IMG/VR virus record: IMGVR_UViG_3300023063_000001
Coordinates: 1 to 64,000 of that record
Source of the DNA: a virus
Length of the DNA stretch: 64,000 nt
Strand: one strand, 5' to 3'
Part shown: one piece after another, positions 17,995 through 27,827 of the stretch
Position numbering within the stretch: position 1 is the first letter of the stretch
How the letters are laid out: each line of letters begins with the position of its first letter
Program-made: the position numbers and the translations under genes
The notes under the pieces: model-generated
Databases searched by the model: none
Told to the model about the DNA's origin: nothing
Seen by the model: only the letters and a program-made list of their open reading frames with translations

Positions 17995-20181
17995 TTGGAA
18001 AAGAAATTCTTTAAGACCGATTTCATTTGGGATTTGGAAACCTACCCAAATTGCTTTACTTTCGCGGCTGTCTACGCTAATGGTCAAGGTATGCGAGCAT
18101 TTGAAATTAGTGACCGTAAGAATGAAGTTGATGAGATGCTTGAATTCCTACGCAAAGTTAAAGGCGGAGGATACCGCCTAGTAGGTTTCAACTCTGTTGG
18201 ATTTGATTACCCTATTCTTCACCACATCTTGCAGAAAGCTCGTAAGATTCATGGTACTGACAAGAAACTGAAAGTAACGGCTAAGGAGTTGTTTGATCTA
18301 GCACAGAAAACTATTAACTCAAACAAGGAGAATAAGTTTGGCTCTGCTGTCAAAGAAAAGGATGTGATTATCCCACAGGTGGACTTGTTTAAAATTCACC
18401 ACTTTGATAACAACGCTCGCTCAACATCTTTGAAAATGCTTGAATACAATATGCGTTCGACTAATATTGAAGACCTGCCTTATCCAGTGGGCGCTACCTT
18501 GTCAGATGCAGAAAAAGATAACCTAATCAAATACAACAAACACGATGTCATGGAAACACTCAAGTTCTATTGGTATTCTTATGAGAACCTAAAACTTCGT
18601 GCTGATCTGACTGATCAGTTTGGCTTTGACTGTACCAACTTTAATGATACAAAGATTGGTAAAGAGTTGTTTATTCGCACTCTTGAGAAAGAAGCTCCAG
18701 GTAGTTGCTACGTGAAAACAGAATATGGTCGTGAGGTAAGGCAGACCAAGCGAGATAAGATTGTAATTAAGGATTGTTTATTTCCTTATATCAAGTTTGA
18801 TCGCCCCGAGTTTCAAGCCGTACATAAATGGTTTCAGACTCAAATCATCACCGAAACTAAGGGGGTATTCAGTGATTTGATGGAACATCAGTTGGGTGAT
18901 GTTGCTAAATATGCTGAGATGGTTGTAAAGAAAAAGAAATTGTCCGATCCTGCTGGCAAAAAGAATAAGCGTTATATTCCCTCAGAGGATGTGATTACAG
19001 CCTGTAAGAAAGAACAACCTTTGGGTTGGCTTGAGGAAAAGGAGCTAAAGAGTCCTAAGGGTGCTAAGAGTTATTATTGGTGCTGGAATGTAGCTGAAAC
19101 ATTGAACGTAATAATCAATGGTTTTCGCTATGACTACGGCGTGGGTGGTATTCATGGAGCTACACAAGGAACTATTCGTAGCACTGAGAGTCGAAAGATA
19201 CGCACACTTGACGTTGCCAGCTACTACCCTAACATGGCAATCGCTAACCAAATTTACCCTAAACACTTGGGTAAAACGTTCTGCAAGGTGTACTCTGACC
19301 TATATGAACAACGTAAGGCAACACCCAAAGGGTCAGCAGCTAACGCAGCATTAAAGCTTGCTTTAAATGGTGTATACGGGGATAGCAACAATGAGTTCAG
19401 TCCCTTGCTTGATCCAGCGTATACAATGGCGATTACAATCGGCGGTCAGCTTTCCCTGTGTATGCTTATGGAAAAGCTAATTGATAATTGTGATGCGCGA
19501 ATTATCATGTGTAACACTGACGGCTTTGAGTACATCATTGACGTTGATAAATTTGATGAGGCTGATAAGTGGGTGACGTGGTGGGAAGATCTGACCAAAC
19601 TCCAGATGGAAGGCGATTCATATAGTCAAATGTTTATTCGTGACGTGAATAATTACACCAGCATTACAGAGTCCGGAAAAATCAAGCTTAAAGGAGCTTA
19701 TGAATATATGGACTTTGATAAGCTTGGTTGGCACAAGAACCATTCAGCAATGGTAGTTCCTATGGCTGTGAAAGCTCAACTGATTGATGGTGTAGATCAC
19801 GAAGAGTTTATTCGTTTGCATGAGAACAAGTTTGACTTTATGCTGAGGACGAAAGTACCAAGGAGTAGTAGTCTTGCGCTGGTAGTTGATGGTGAGGATA
19901 TTCAACAACAGAATATCTGCCGTTATTATCCAGCAAAAGAAGGTGGTGGTAAGTTGATTAAGCTTATGCCTCCTTTGGTAGAAGGAGGAGAAGTGCGTAG
20001 GTTGGGTATTGATACGGATTGGAATGTTAAGACGTGTAACAACATTCATGACTTCTCTTGGGGAGTTGACTATAAATATTACATTGATCAGGCAGCTAAA
20101 CTTATTGAAGCAGTGTCCGAGGATGTAACTGATAAGCAAGGTAAAAATTGTGAAAGAAGTGTGGAAACCAGTATTGATTAA
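17995..20181 (+). CDS. family B DNA polymerase with 3'-5' exonuclease
   Basis: Exo motifs DLETY, GFN..FDY, YNKHD; Pol motifs DVASYYP, KLALNGVYG, NTDG; TTG start. Confidence 0.9.
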   Translation: MEKKFFKTDFIWDLETYPNCFTFAAVYANGQGMRAFEISDRKNEVDEMLEFLRKVKGGGYRLVGFNSVGFDYPILHHILQKARKIHGTDKKLKVTAKELFDLAQKTINSNKENKFGSAVKEKDVIIPQVDLFKIHHFDNNARSTSLKMLEYNMRSTNIEDLPYPVGATLSDAEKDNLIKYNKHDVMETLKFYWYSYENLKLRADLTDQFGFDCTNFNDTKIGKELFIRTLEKEAPGSCYVKTEYGREVRQTKRDKIVIKDCLFPYIKFDRPEFQAVHKWFQTQIITETKGVFSDLMEHQLGDVAKYAEMVVKKKKLSDPAGKKNKRYIPSEDVITACKKEQPLGWLEEKELKSPKGAKSYYWCWNVAETLNVIINGFRYDYGVGGIHGATQGTIRSTESRKIRTLDVASYYPNMAIANQIYPKHLGKTFCKVYSDLYEQRKATPKGSAANAALKLALNGVYGDSNNEFSPLLDPAYTMAITIGGQLSLCMLMEKLIDNCDARIIMCNTDGFEYIIDVDKFDEADKWVTWWEDLTKLQMEGDSYSQMFIRDVNNYTSITESGKIKLKGAYEYMDFDKLGWHKNHSAMVVPMAVKAQLIDGVDHEEFIRLHENKFDFMLRTKVPRSSSLALVVDGEDIQQQNICRYYPAKEGGGKLIKLMPPLVEGGEVRRLGIDTDWNVKTCNNIHDFSWGVDYKYYIDQAAKLIEAVSEDVTDKQGKNCERSVETSID

Positions 20182-20716
20182 AGATGTACATGCACATTAT
20201 GCTGTAAGTAATCACGGACGTGTGTATGATTTGAAGCTAAATAAATACTCAAATTGGGGTGATAATGGAGCGGGATACAAAACCGTCTCATTGAAAACAG
20301 ATAATTACTCACAACCAAGAAAAGTATTTTATGTTCATCGACTTGTCGGATTGATTTTCATTGAGAACCCGAGTAAACTTCCTCAAGTCGGACACAGGGA
20401 CCACAACAGAGAGAATAATCGACAAGATAATTTGTACTGGACAACACCTAAACAGAATACTGCGGATGGTATTCGTGATGGTAAAATCAATGCAAAGAAA
20501 CGTCCTAATACAAAAAAACTGAACAAGGCACAGATCTGTGAAATTGCTTTACTTTCTAGCCAAGGGAAAGGTATAAACGAGATTGCAATTATGTTAGGCT
20601 TTCCCCGTACAACAATTTCTAGTGTATTTAACGGTCGTAGCAATTTTGAATTGTTTGATTTTGCTAGGAAAGAAATTCAAAATAATCCCTTGACCCACCC
20701 ACACAACCATGTATAA
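20150..20716 (+). CDS. free-standing NUMOD4-HNH homing endonuclease with C-terminal HTH
   Basis: EVWKP...YAVSNHGRV; VHRLV...HRDHNRENN..NL.W. Confidence 0.85.
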   Translation: MKEVWKPVLIKDVHAHYAVSNHGRVYDLKLNKYSNWGDNGAGYKTVSLKTDNYSQPRKVFYVHRLVGLIFIENPSKLPQVGHRDHNRENNRQDNLYWTTPKQNTADGIRDGKINAKKRPNTKKLNKAQICEIALLSSQGKGINEIAIMLGFPRTTISSVFNGRSNFELFDFARKEIQNNPLTHPHNHV

Positions 20717-20717
20717 T
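20690..20717 (+). promoter_or_regulatory. sigma70-type promoter
   Basis: TTGACC-16bp-TATAAT. Confidence 0.65.
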
Positions 20718-20930
20718 AGATCTACGTTGAATTTCTCAGCGAAAAAGGAGAAGAAATTAAATGAGCAAATTAGAAGCACTGCAAGCTATCAAAGCAGTTC
20801 TTGAAGACAGCTTGGATTACTTTGAGTATTTCGATACAAGCGGTGATGAGGATGAGCATGCCGATTTATATTGGGGTATTAAAGATATAATTTCTACTGT
20901 TGAAAAACGTATTTAAACTTGGAGAATAAA

Positions 20931-21110
20931 ATGAGCAATAACGTAAAACTCGAATACACCCTGATCGACCGTGAAAATGGTAAAGTGTTGAATGTACATT
21001 CTTCTCGTGAAGACGCAAGAGATGAGAAACGTGATTGGAAAGCTGAGGGGTTTCAAGTGGATATTATTCAATCTCGTTTCCAGCATGTTATCTCTAAAAT
21101 TATTCGGTGA
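20931..21110 (+). CDS. hypothetical protein
   Basis: GGAG RBS before MSNNVK. Confidence 0.55.
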   Translation: MSNNVKLEYTLIDRENGKVLNVHSSREDARDEKRDWKAEGFQVDIIQSRFQHVISKIIR

Positions 21111-21116
21111 AATATC

Positions 21117-21362
21117 ATGGGTAAAGTAGTCTACAAAGATTCCCACACAAATGCTAATGGTTGCTCAATCGTTGAATATCAATTTGATAGTGTTGAGGAT
21201 TTAATTAAATTTGAAAATCATAAGCAACAAAGCTTGATTGATAGTTTCAAAGGCGTAGGATTGTTTGCATTGGATACAGAGGATTTTGATGAGGAAGATC
21301 ATGAAATGAAACAAGCAAATGTAGTTGACATTGAAGTGAATAAGAAAACTACGAAACATTGA
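21117..21362 (+). CDS. hypothetical protein
   Basis: 81-aa ORF. Confidence 0.55.
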   Translation: MGKVVYKDSHTNANGCSIVEYQFDSVEDLIKFENHKQQSLIDSFKGVGLFALDTEDFDEEDHEMKQANVVDIEVNKKTTKH

Positions 21363-21440
21363 AAGAATTTATTGTAAGACAAATAGCTGTAAATGCTCAA
21401 AAATAAGTGACTAAATAATACACACAAATAGAGAAATAAT

Positions 21441-22118
21441 ATGACTAGTGTTATCGTAAAGCAACTCCCTAAGTCTGGTACGTTGGAAACCTTCAACGTG
21501 TACATCTTGAACACACCGGTGTTCTATCCTGTCGTGCATGAAGTAAAGACCAAGTATCAATCACAGGACCGTGAATTCAGTATTCAGCCTTTTGTTGATG
21601 AAGCTACTAAAGACAAACTTCTAGACGAAGTGATGCTGAACAAAACGTTTGCTGAAGTAGGCGTAACTAAAACTAGCAAAGCACCCAGGCGCATCAAGTT
21701 TCCCCTATCTTCACAAGTAGAAGAGGGCAAGACCAATTACGATGTTGTTAAAGGTATGCATGGTTTTACTGTAGCCAAGCCTGAGTTTTCAAAGAAAGGC
21801 AATAAGATGACAGTGAATGTCATTGATAAAGAAGGTAATGCGTTTACAGACAACATTGGTAATGGCAGTATCTGCACTCTTAAATTGTTTGGATATAAGA
21901 ACGTAGAAGGCCAACTAACTGTTACACTTGATACTGTTCAAGTGCTGGAGCACGTTCCTTATGAGGGTAAGGGCTCATCTGATGAAGTTGTGGATGATGT
22001 ACTGGGCAGCTACAAAGTTAAGAAGGTTGAGCCTAAAGCTACTGAAGTTGAAACACCTAAAGCTAAACCAGATCCGCTTGAGCTAGACGAAGACGAAGAG
22101 AGTTTGCTCCCCTTCTGA
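21441..22118 (+). CDS. single-stranded DNA-binding protein (T7 gp2.5-like)
   Basis: IGNGS motif, acidic tail ending in ...EDEESLLPF, replication context. Confidence 0.75.
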   Translation: MTSVIVKQLPKSGTLETFNVYILNTPVFYPVVHEVKTKYQSQDREFSIQPFVDEATKDKLLDEVMLNKTFAEVGVTKTSKAPRRIKFPLSSQVEEGKTNYDVVKGMHGFTVAKPEFSKKGNKMTVNVIDKEGNAFTDNIGNGSICTLKLFGYKNVEGQLTVTLDTVQVLEHVPYEGKGSSDEVVDDVLGSYKVKKVEPKATEVETPKAKPDPLELDEDEESLLPF

Positions 22119-22165
22119 TACACTCCATAAGCGCAAGGATGCGCTATTCATTCAAGGACAAACCA

Positions 22166-22417
22166 ATGAACTACAACATGTTAAACCTTTCCCTTACATA
22201 CACTGAAGTGGTGGCAATACAAGCCCTTCTAGGCTATGTACAGCTACATACAAGCGAAGATCTTAGTAGTGTATCCATGAAACTTGAAGAGTTTTGCGAT
22301 CCTGATGAAGTAGATTGTAGTCAAGTGAAGTTTATTAAGCTTAGTAAAAATCATATGGATGAAGTGAAGACGTACAAGAATTCTAATTTTGCTATTAAAT
22401 TTGTGGAGAGTAAGTAA
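22166..22417 (+). CDS. hypothetical protein
   Basis: AAGGA RBS before MNYNML. Confidence 0.5.
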   Translation: MNYNMLNLSLTYTEVVAIQALLGYVQLHTSEDLSSVSMKLEEFCDPDEVDCSQVKFIKLSKNHMDEVKTYKNSNFAIKFVESK

Positions 22418-22663
22418 GTGTTATTCTCTGAGTTACAAAACTCTATTATTTTAAAAGTACAAGATCACATGAAGTATGCGAGTATCTCAGACGGCTTTAT
22501 TGCAGAGGTTACACCAAACTATTATTATGATCTGCTTAGGACATATCCTGATTTCAAGCCTTCACAGATGCTATACATAAACGTTGTTTTAAATGTAGAC
22601 ATCTCAACGGCTTATGCTTATCGTGATAATATTAAAATAGTAAGTTCCGTAGTTAAAATTTAA
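22418..22663 (+). CDS. hypothetical protein
   Basis: 81-aa ORF, GTG start. Confidence 0.5.
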   Translation: MLFSELQNSIILKVQDHMKYASISDGFIAEVTPNYYYDLLRTYPDFKPSQMLYINVVLNVDISTAYAYRDNIKIVSSVVKI

Positions 22664-22673
22664 GGAGAACAAA

Positions 22674-22946
22674 ATGACTGAACAAACGATCTACACCGAA
22701 GAAGCTCTATTCCAACGTCTGACTAAACTAAAGACTGACCTTCAAATCACTAAAGATGACATCAAAGCCATCAAAGCAGACTTCACTTACGATGTTGACG
22801 TAAACAGTAAAGGCCTACACAAAGATGTGATTAAACTTGTTGATAAAGCAGCCTCTCTTTATGTGGCTGCTAAGTTTGAGGAAGTGGAGCAAGAAGCTCT
22901 TGAAGTGTTTGAGAAGTATAAAACTTTAACTTCATATGAAGGTTAA
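22674..22946 (+). CDS. possible GapR/T4-DsbA-like dsDNA-binding protein
   Basis: 90 aa helical; R...L......DDIK.I......KGL.KDVIK pattern; strong RBS. Confidence 0.45.
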   Translation: MTEQTIYTEEALFQRLTKLKTDLQITKDDIKAIKADFTYDVDVNSKGLHKDVIKLVDKAASLYVAAKFEEVEQEALEVFEKYKTLTSYEG

Positions 22947-22952
22947 CTATTA

Positions 22953-23147
22953 ATGTCCAGTTTAATGGTGAGTATTAAAGAAAAAGTTGGGGAATGCTCT
23001 ATTAACTTTGAACTAGATGTAGAGTTTGACGTCGTGTATATCACTGAGAAAGTGGGAAAGCTTGTACAGACAGAAGTAACCACTTTAAATAGTGGTAAAA
23101 TTCCAGCAGGTATCCTACAATATTTTCAGAAGTACATTAAAGAATAA
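22953..23147 (+). CDS. hypothetical protein
   Basis: 64-aa ORF. Confidence 0.5.
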   Translation: MSSLMVSIKEKVGECSINFELDVEFDVVYITEKVGKLVQTEVTTLNSGKIPAGILQYFQKYIKE

Positions 23148-23154
23148 TTAAGAG

Positions 23155-23475
23155 GTGAACGTGACTGATAATCCTGATGCACAGGAACCAAAGAAAAAGA
23201 AATGGCATAAGGCCGTTGGGCGTGTTGCTTGGTCTTTAGCAAAAGGCCTATCCATTCCAATCCTTGCAGGTGCTTTGGCTTGGTGTGTGTCCTATCCCCT
23301 AGGTATGTATCAATGCCGTAATTACACGCTAGGACTGCACCTAGACGGCTGGAATTATACATGGTTCACTTGCTTTCTTAATGAAGATGGTAAGTGGTAT
23401 ACAAAAGAACAGTATGAAGCTAGTGCTGTAGGTGTACGACTTATTATTAGCCCTGATGTGAAGTTTCCAAAATGA
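23155..23475 (+). CDS. hypothetical membrane protein
   Basis: one hydrophobic segment. Confidence 0.55.
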   Translation: MNVTDNPDAQEPKKKKWHKAVGRVAWSLAKGLSIPILAGALAWCVSYPLGMYQCRNYTLGLHLDGWNYTWFTCFLNEDGKWYTKEQYEASAVGVRLIISPDVKFPK

Positions 23476-23649
23476 CAATAATATTTCTTACAGTTTTCTT
23501 CTTCTGCTGCTGGGAAGCAATCATTACAGATGAGAATATGTTGGCAGCTAGATATGAAGCTATTTGGTTGAAGTTTTTAGAAGATACAGGGTTGGAGATT
23601 GATTAATGGGGCCGTAAGGCCCTCCTTTTTGAATAGGAGTTGGATATGG

Positions 23650-24645
23650 ATGAGTAAGCTTACTGCGGTCATAGACCTAGACTACGTTAAGTACAGTGCT
23701 GCATCTGTTGGAGAAACACGTTCTATCACTGTTGTACATAAAGCATCGGGAAGGGAAAAAGAGTTTCCTACACGTACAGACTTTTATGGCCGAGACAAAC
23801 TTAAATCAGGTGGATGGCTTGGAGAACTGAACGCTAAACGAGAAAGTCCTTTTCTTCTTGATGAATTTAGTATAATCGATGTACAAACTCCCGAGCCTAT
23901 TGATCACGTATTACAGATTGCAAAGACACAAGTAGAGAATGATCTTAAGAAACTTGGGACAAATAAATACAAAGCTTTCTTAGGGAAAGGTGAAAGCTTT
24001 CGTGTTGAACTGTCTACACTTCAAAAGTACAAGGCAAATCGAAAAGATATGCTTCGCCCTCTTCATATGGATGCTGTGACAGAATACCTTGAACGTAAAT
24101 TCAAAGCTGAGGTTGTTACATCAATTGAAGCCGATGATGCTTGTGTAATTGAGTGCTATGAAAACCCTAACAATGTTATCCAAGGGTTAGATAAAGATTA
24201 CTACTCCAGCCCTAATAAATTCTTTAATGTGAATAGGCCAGATGAAGGCATTATTGATGCTGATTGTTTTGGTAAGCTATGGCTAGATGATAAGGGAGAT
24301 GTTCGTGGTGTTGGCAGAATGCATCTGTATTGGCAGATGTGTAGCAATGACACCAGTGACAACTATGCTGCCAACTGTTTCTCTGACCTTCGTTGGGCGG
24401 GAAAGTCAGCCTATAAATCCCTTGTAGAGTGTGGGTCTGACAAGGAGGCGTGGGACAAGATGAAAGAGGTTTTCACCCTACTTTATCCCGAGGAAAAGAC
24501 TGTTTTAGGGTGGAGAAATGATCCTATCAGCGTAACATGGGATTACGTACTGAATGAGATGTTCATGATGGCTAGGATGTTAACTAAACGTGATGAACAT
24601 CTAAACGCTTATGATATGATGGATGAAATGGGGGTGAGTTATTAG
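23650..24645 (+). CDS. 5'-3' exonuclease (T7 gp6/FEN-like)
   Basis: IDLD, FR......YKANR, EADD, DKD, D.SDNY motifs. Confidence 0.88.
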   Translation: MSKLTAVIDLDYVKYSAASVGETRSITVVHKASGREKEFPTRTDFYGRDKLKSGGWLGELNAKRESPFLLDEFSIIDVQTPEPIDHVLQIAKTQVENDLKKLGTNKYKAFLGKGESFRVELSTLQKYKANRKDMLRPLHMDAVTEYLERKFKAEVVTSIEADDACVIECYENPNNVIQGLDKDYYSSPNKFFNVNRPDEGIIDADCFGKLWLDDKGDVRGVGRMHLYWQMCSNDTSDNYAANCFSDLRWAGKSAYKSLVECGSDKEAWDKMKEVFTLLYPEEKTVLGWRNDPISVTWDYVLNEMFMMARMLTKRDEHLNAYDMMDEMGVSY

Positions 24646-25180
24646 TAGTAAGGAGCCTTGGCTATCCCACCCTGAGATCTGGAAGAATTCAGTTTCTTGG
24701 TTTACATACCTGAGGGGGTGTCTGAGAAAGGCTTGGTCGTCATCCCCGGTAAAGCATAATTTAATTAAAAAGAAACGTAAACAAATACCAAACCCGAATC
24801 CTAAAGGGAAAAAAGAAACAGTGTTTGGTTTTACTTGTGAAATGTGTAACACTGACCATGTTATTGCTAGTGGTCAAGTGGACCATATAATTCCAGCAGG
24901 GAGTTTAAGGAAGACAGAAGATATTCAAGGGTTTGTTGAAAGGTTGCTTTATGTGGCTGAGGAAGACCTTAGATTGATCTGCAAAGGGTGCAACTCAGCT
25001 TTAGCGTATGCGGACAAACAAGGAGTTACATATGAACAGGCGATTAAGGAGAAAATGCTTATTGAAATTTGTAAGTCAAAGAAAGATATACAGTTTCTTA
25101 AAGACAGAGGAATTATTCCAGCCTCAAATGCAGTTAAACGTAAAGAACAAATTAGAGAGTTTTTAAACAATGAAAATTGA
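24641..25180 (+). CDS. HNH/Zn-finger endonuclease, probable ATT start
   Basis: CxxC...QVDH...CxxC; frame open 60 codons upstream of the tracked GTG to an ATT following a GGGGTG RBS. Confidence 0.7.
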   Translation: MSSKEPWLSHPEIWKNSVSWFTYLRGCLRKAWSSSPVKHNLIKKKRKQIPNPNPKGKKETVFGFTCEMCNTDHVIASGQVDHIIPAGSLRKTEDIQGFVERLLYVAEEDLRLICKGCNSALAYADKQGVTYEQAIKEKMLIEICKSKKDIQFLKDRGIIPASNAVKRKEQIREFLNNEN

Positions 25181-25263
25181 TTACTGGCAATCCGTACAGG
25201 CAACACAACTAATTCAATACGCAACATTCTTCTACACATTCCTAAATCAAATAGGTCTTTGAT

Positions 25264-25560
25264 ATGTCAGTAGTGGAGCTATTTCCTAAGAAGCTTTCAG
25301 CTATTCCAGAAGGTGAGACTATGGAACAAACAGTTGTACGTTTCCATGAAAAGCTTGATATTGCTTTATCTGAATTTGGAACAATGTCTGTCATGGAGAA
25401 ATGGGAGTTGTTTGAAACTGTTGTAGGGATGAACAAGAATATTTTTAAGCTCTATATGGATGTTAAGAAACAAAGGGACTTTGATATTAAATGGTATGCT
25501 GATTTGAGTGATAAGTTGGCTAGGGCTATTGAGAAGAATGAGGAGATGGGAATTGAGTGA
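25264..25560 (+). CDS. hypothetical protein
   Basis: 98-aa ORF. Confidence 0.6.
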   Translation: MSVVELFPKKLSAIPEGETMEQTVVRFHEKLDIALSEFGTMSVMEKWELFETVVGMNKNIFKLYMDVKKQRDFDIKWYADLSDKLARAIEKNEEMGIE

Positions 25561-26446
25561 TTTGGATTGGAAAGACAAGGCAATTGAACTTGCTAAAACG
25601 GGTAAAAGCTGGCGTAAGATTTCAGAGTTACTTGGGGTTGCTAGGTCTACTGTAAGTGATTATTTACGTAAAGAATTCAGTCAAGTGGTTCTAGATAATC
25701 GTAAATCATCTGAAACGTACTCTGTTCGTAAGAAAGATGGACCAGAGCATGATAATAGTAGGATTCTTTTGATTAGCGATCTTCATATACCATTTCACCA
25801 TCAAGATGCAATTGCTTTCTTACTGCATCTTAAAGAGAAATACAAACCTACACGAGTTATTTGTTTAGGTGATGAAGTTGACGGAGCAGCGCTTAGTTTT
25901 CATGACCATGACCCGGATCTGCCAAGTGCTGGCGATGAAATTCGCCAAGCTTTGCCTGTAATTGCCGAACTATTTAAAATATTTCCCAAGATGGATATTC
26001 TTGAAAGTAATCATGGAAGTCTAATTTGGCGGAAGGCTAAAGTATTTGGTATCCCTAAGCACTACATAAAATCTTACAATGAGGTTCTTGGTGTTGACGA
26101 TGGTTGGAAATGGAGCTTTGACTTAACAGTAGACCTGCCTAATGGTCAGAAGTGTTATATGCATCACGGTAAGACAAGTAATATTATTCAGCTTAGTCAG
26201 CAAATGGGCTCAGCGGCGGCTCAGGGCCACTACCATGAATCTTTTAAAATTGATTACTGGGGCAATAGTACGGGTTTGTACTGGGGAATGCAGTGCGGCT
26301 GTTTGATTGATGATAACAAACTGGCATTTAACTATAATAATGTAAATATTAAACGTCCAATTATCGGTACGGGTTTGATTATTAATTCACTACCTATCTT
26401 AGAACCAATGGTTCTTTTGAAGAATGGGCGGTGGGAAGGTGTTTGA
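25553..26446 (+). CDS. calcineurin-like metallophosphoesterase with N-terminal HTH
   Basis: SDLHIP, GDEVD, SNH, HG, GHYH; N-terminal GKSWRKISELLGVARSTV; TTG start after GAGGAG. Confidence 0.85.
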   Translation: MSDLDWKDKAIELAKTGKSWRKISELLGVARSTVSDYLRKEFSQVVLDNRKSSETYSVRKKDGPEHDNSRILLISDLHIPFHHQDAIAFLLHLKEKYKPTRVICLGDEVDGAALSFHDHDPDLPSAGDEIRQALPVIAELFKIFPKMDILESNHGSLIWRKAKVFGIPKHYIKSYNEVLGVDDGWKWSFDLTVDLPNGQKCYMHHGKTSNIIQLSQQMGSAAAQGHYHESFKIDYWGNSTGLYWGMQCGCLIDDNKLAFNYNNVNIKRPIIGTGLIINSLPILEPMVLLKNGRWEGV

Positions 26447-27005
26447 ACTAACACAAGTGATTCTTCATGAAGCTTTAGACTACAATAAAGACACCGGAGT
26501 TTTCACATGGAAAAGTAACAGACCTCTAAGCCACTTTAAAAATGCCCATGCACTCTGTGCATACCAAGGTAAATTTTCTGGTAAGGTTGCTGGGTATGCT
26601 TCAAAATATGGAGAGAAAGATTTATACTATCTTCAGATTAGAATTAAAGGCACTCTGTTTTTGGGGCATCGTCTAGCGTGGTTTTATGTAGAAGGGGTTT
26701 GGCCAGAAAAGCTTATTGATCACGAAGATGGAAATGGGTTAAACAATAAATGGGAGAATCTCAGAGAAGCAACCCCTATAAGTAATGGTCGTAATTGTGG
26801 TTTGTCTTCCAATAATAAATCCGGTGTCAACGGTGTTTATTGGAATAAAGCAAACAGTAAATGGATTGCCGAGGGTCACTATACGGAAGATGGAGTGCAT
26901 AAAAAGATTAACCTTGGTTCTCACTTAAGTCTTGAAGACGCTGAAAAAGCTAGATTAAAATGGCAATCTGAGCAAGGTGGGTTCACAGAACGACACGGAA
27001 AATAA
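26424..27005 (+). CDS. free-standing HNH-AP2 homing endonuclease
   Basis: HRLAWFY...IDHEDGNGLNNKWENLREAT; AP2-like SGVNGVYW...KW.A...LG. Confidence 0.85.
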   Translation: MGGGKVFELTQVILHEALDYNKDTGVFTWKSNRPLSHFKNAHALCAYQGKFSGKVAGYASKYGEKDLYYLQIRIKGTLFLGHRLAWFYVEGVWPEKLIDHEDGNGLNNKWENLREATPISNGRNCGLSSNNKSGVNGVYWNKANSKWIAEGHYTEDGVHKKINLGSHLSLEDAEKARLKWQSEQGGFTERHGK

Positions 27006-27009
27006 GCCC

Positions 27010-27038
27010 TTTACACCACATAGCAAGGATGCTATTAT
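27010..27038 (+). promoter_or_regulatory. sigma70-type promoter containing a GGA hairpin
   Basis: TTTACA-17bp-TATTAT; spacer carries ATAGC-AAGGAT-GCTAT. Confidence 0.55.
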
Positions 27039-27066
27039 TGTTCTACGAAATTAATTTAGGAGAGGA

Positions 27067-27495
27067 ATGATGAATAAGTTTAAAGTTTCAGTAGGGAAAG
27101 AAAAGAACTTAGAATACATCTATGATGTTGTGTTTAATGGACTGACTTATAGTCTTCGGTGGTATGATGAAGACGGCCTGAATGAGTGCGTGTATACTAA
27201 GGAAAAGGGAGAGGAGTTTATTAAAAACAAAGCTTGGGTTGTTTTAGAGGGAAAACAAGAGCCTACAGGTGCTATTAAATCAGCAAGTGCCCTAGACAAA
27301 CAAATTAGTGGCAACCATTACAAAGATTGCAAGATTCAACCCATTGAGTATATTCAAGCTAATGGCTTATCCTACTTAGAAGGGAATGTTATTAAATACA
27401 CCACCCGTCACAGTAAGAAAAATGGAAAGGCAGACATTGAAAAAGCTATTCATTACCTTGAATTGATTTTGGAAATGGAGTACAAAGACAAGTGA
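27067..27495 (+). CDS. DUF3310 (SaV-like) domain protein
   Basis: Q..GNHY...IQPIEYI......EGNVIKY..R...KNG..DIEKA.HYL. Confidence 0.85.
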   Translation: MMNKFKVSVGKEKNLEYIYDVVFNGLTYSLRWYDEDGLNECVYTKEKGEEFIKNKAWVVLEGKQEPTGAIKSASALDKQISGNHYKDCKIQPIEYIQANGLSYLEGNVIKYTTRHSKKNGKADIEKAIHYLELILEMEYKDK

Positions 27496-27818
27496 TATAC
27501 CTAGCCAGTCCCTACAGCTACAAAGCAGACAAAGAACTGATGCACACACGCTACCTTCAAGCTCTAGCTAAGGCAGCTGAGCTTACAAAAGAAGGATTGG
27601 CTGTGTTCTCGCCGATAGTTTCATCGCATCAGCTTTCCTTGTTTCACGATATGCCAACCACTTGGGATTTCTGGAGCAATATTGATTATAAATTTCTAGA
27701 TGCCTCTAGTGAACTGTTTATACTTATGTTAGAATCCTGGGACAAGTCAGTAGGCGTAGCGGCTGAAATTAAGTATGCTGAACAGATTGGTATCCCTGTA
27801 ACATTTATTTATCCTTAA
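27492..27818 (+). CDS. DUF1937 / nucleoside 2-deoxyribosyltransferase-like protein
   Basis: IYLASPYS, FSPI..SH, S.GV..EI..A...GIPV. Confidence 0.8.
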   Translation: MIYLASPYSYKADKELMHTRYLQALAKAAELTKEGLAVFSPIVSSHQLSLFHDMPTTWDFWSNIDYKFLDASSELFILMLESWDKSVGVAAEIKYAEQIGIPVTFIYP

Positions 27819-27827
27819 GGAAAGAAC

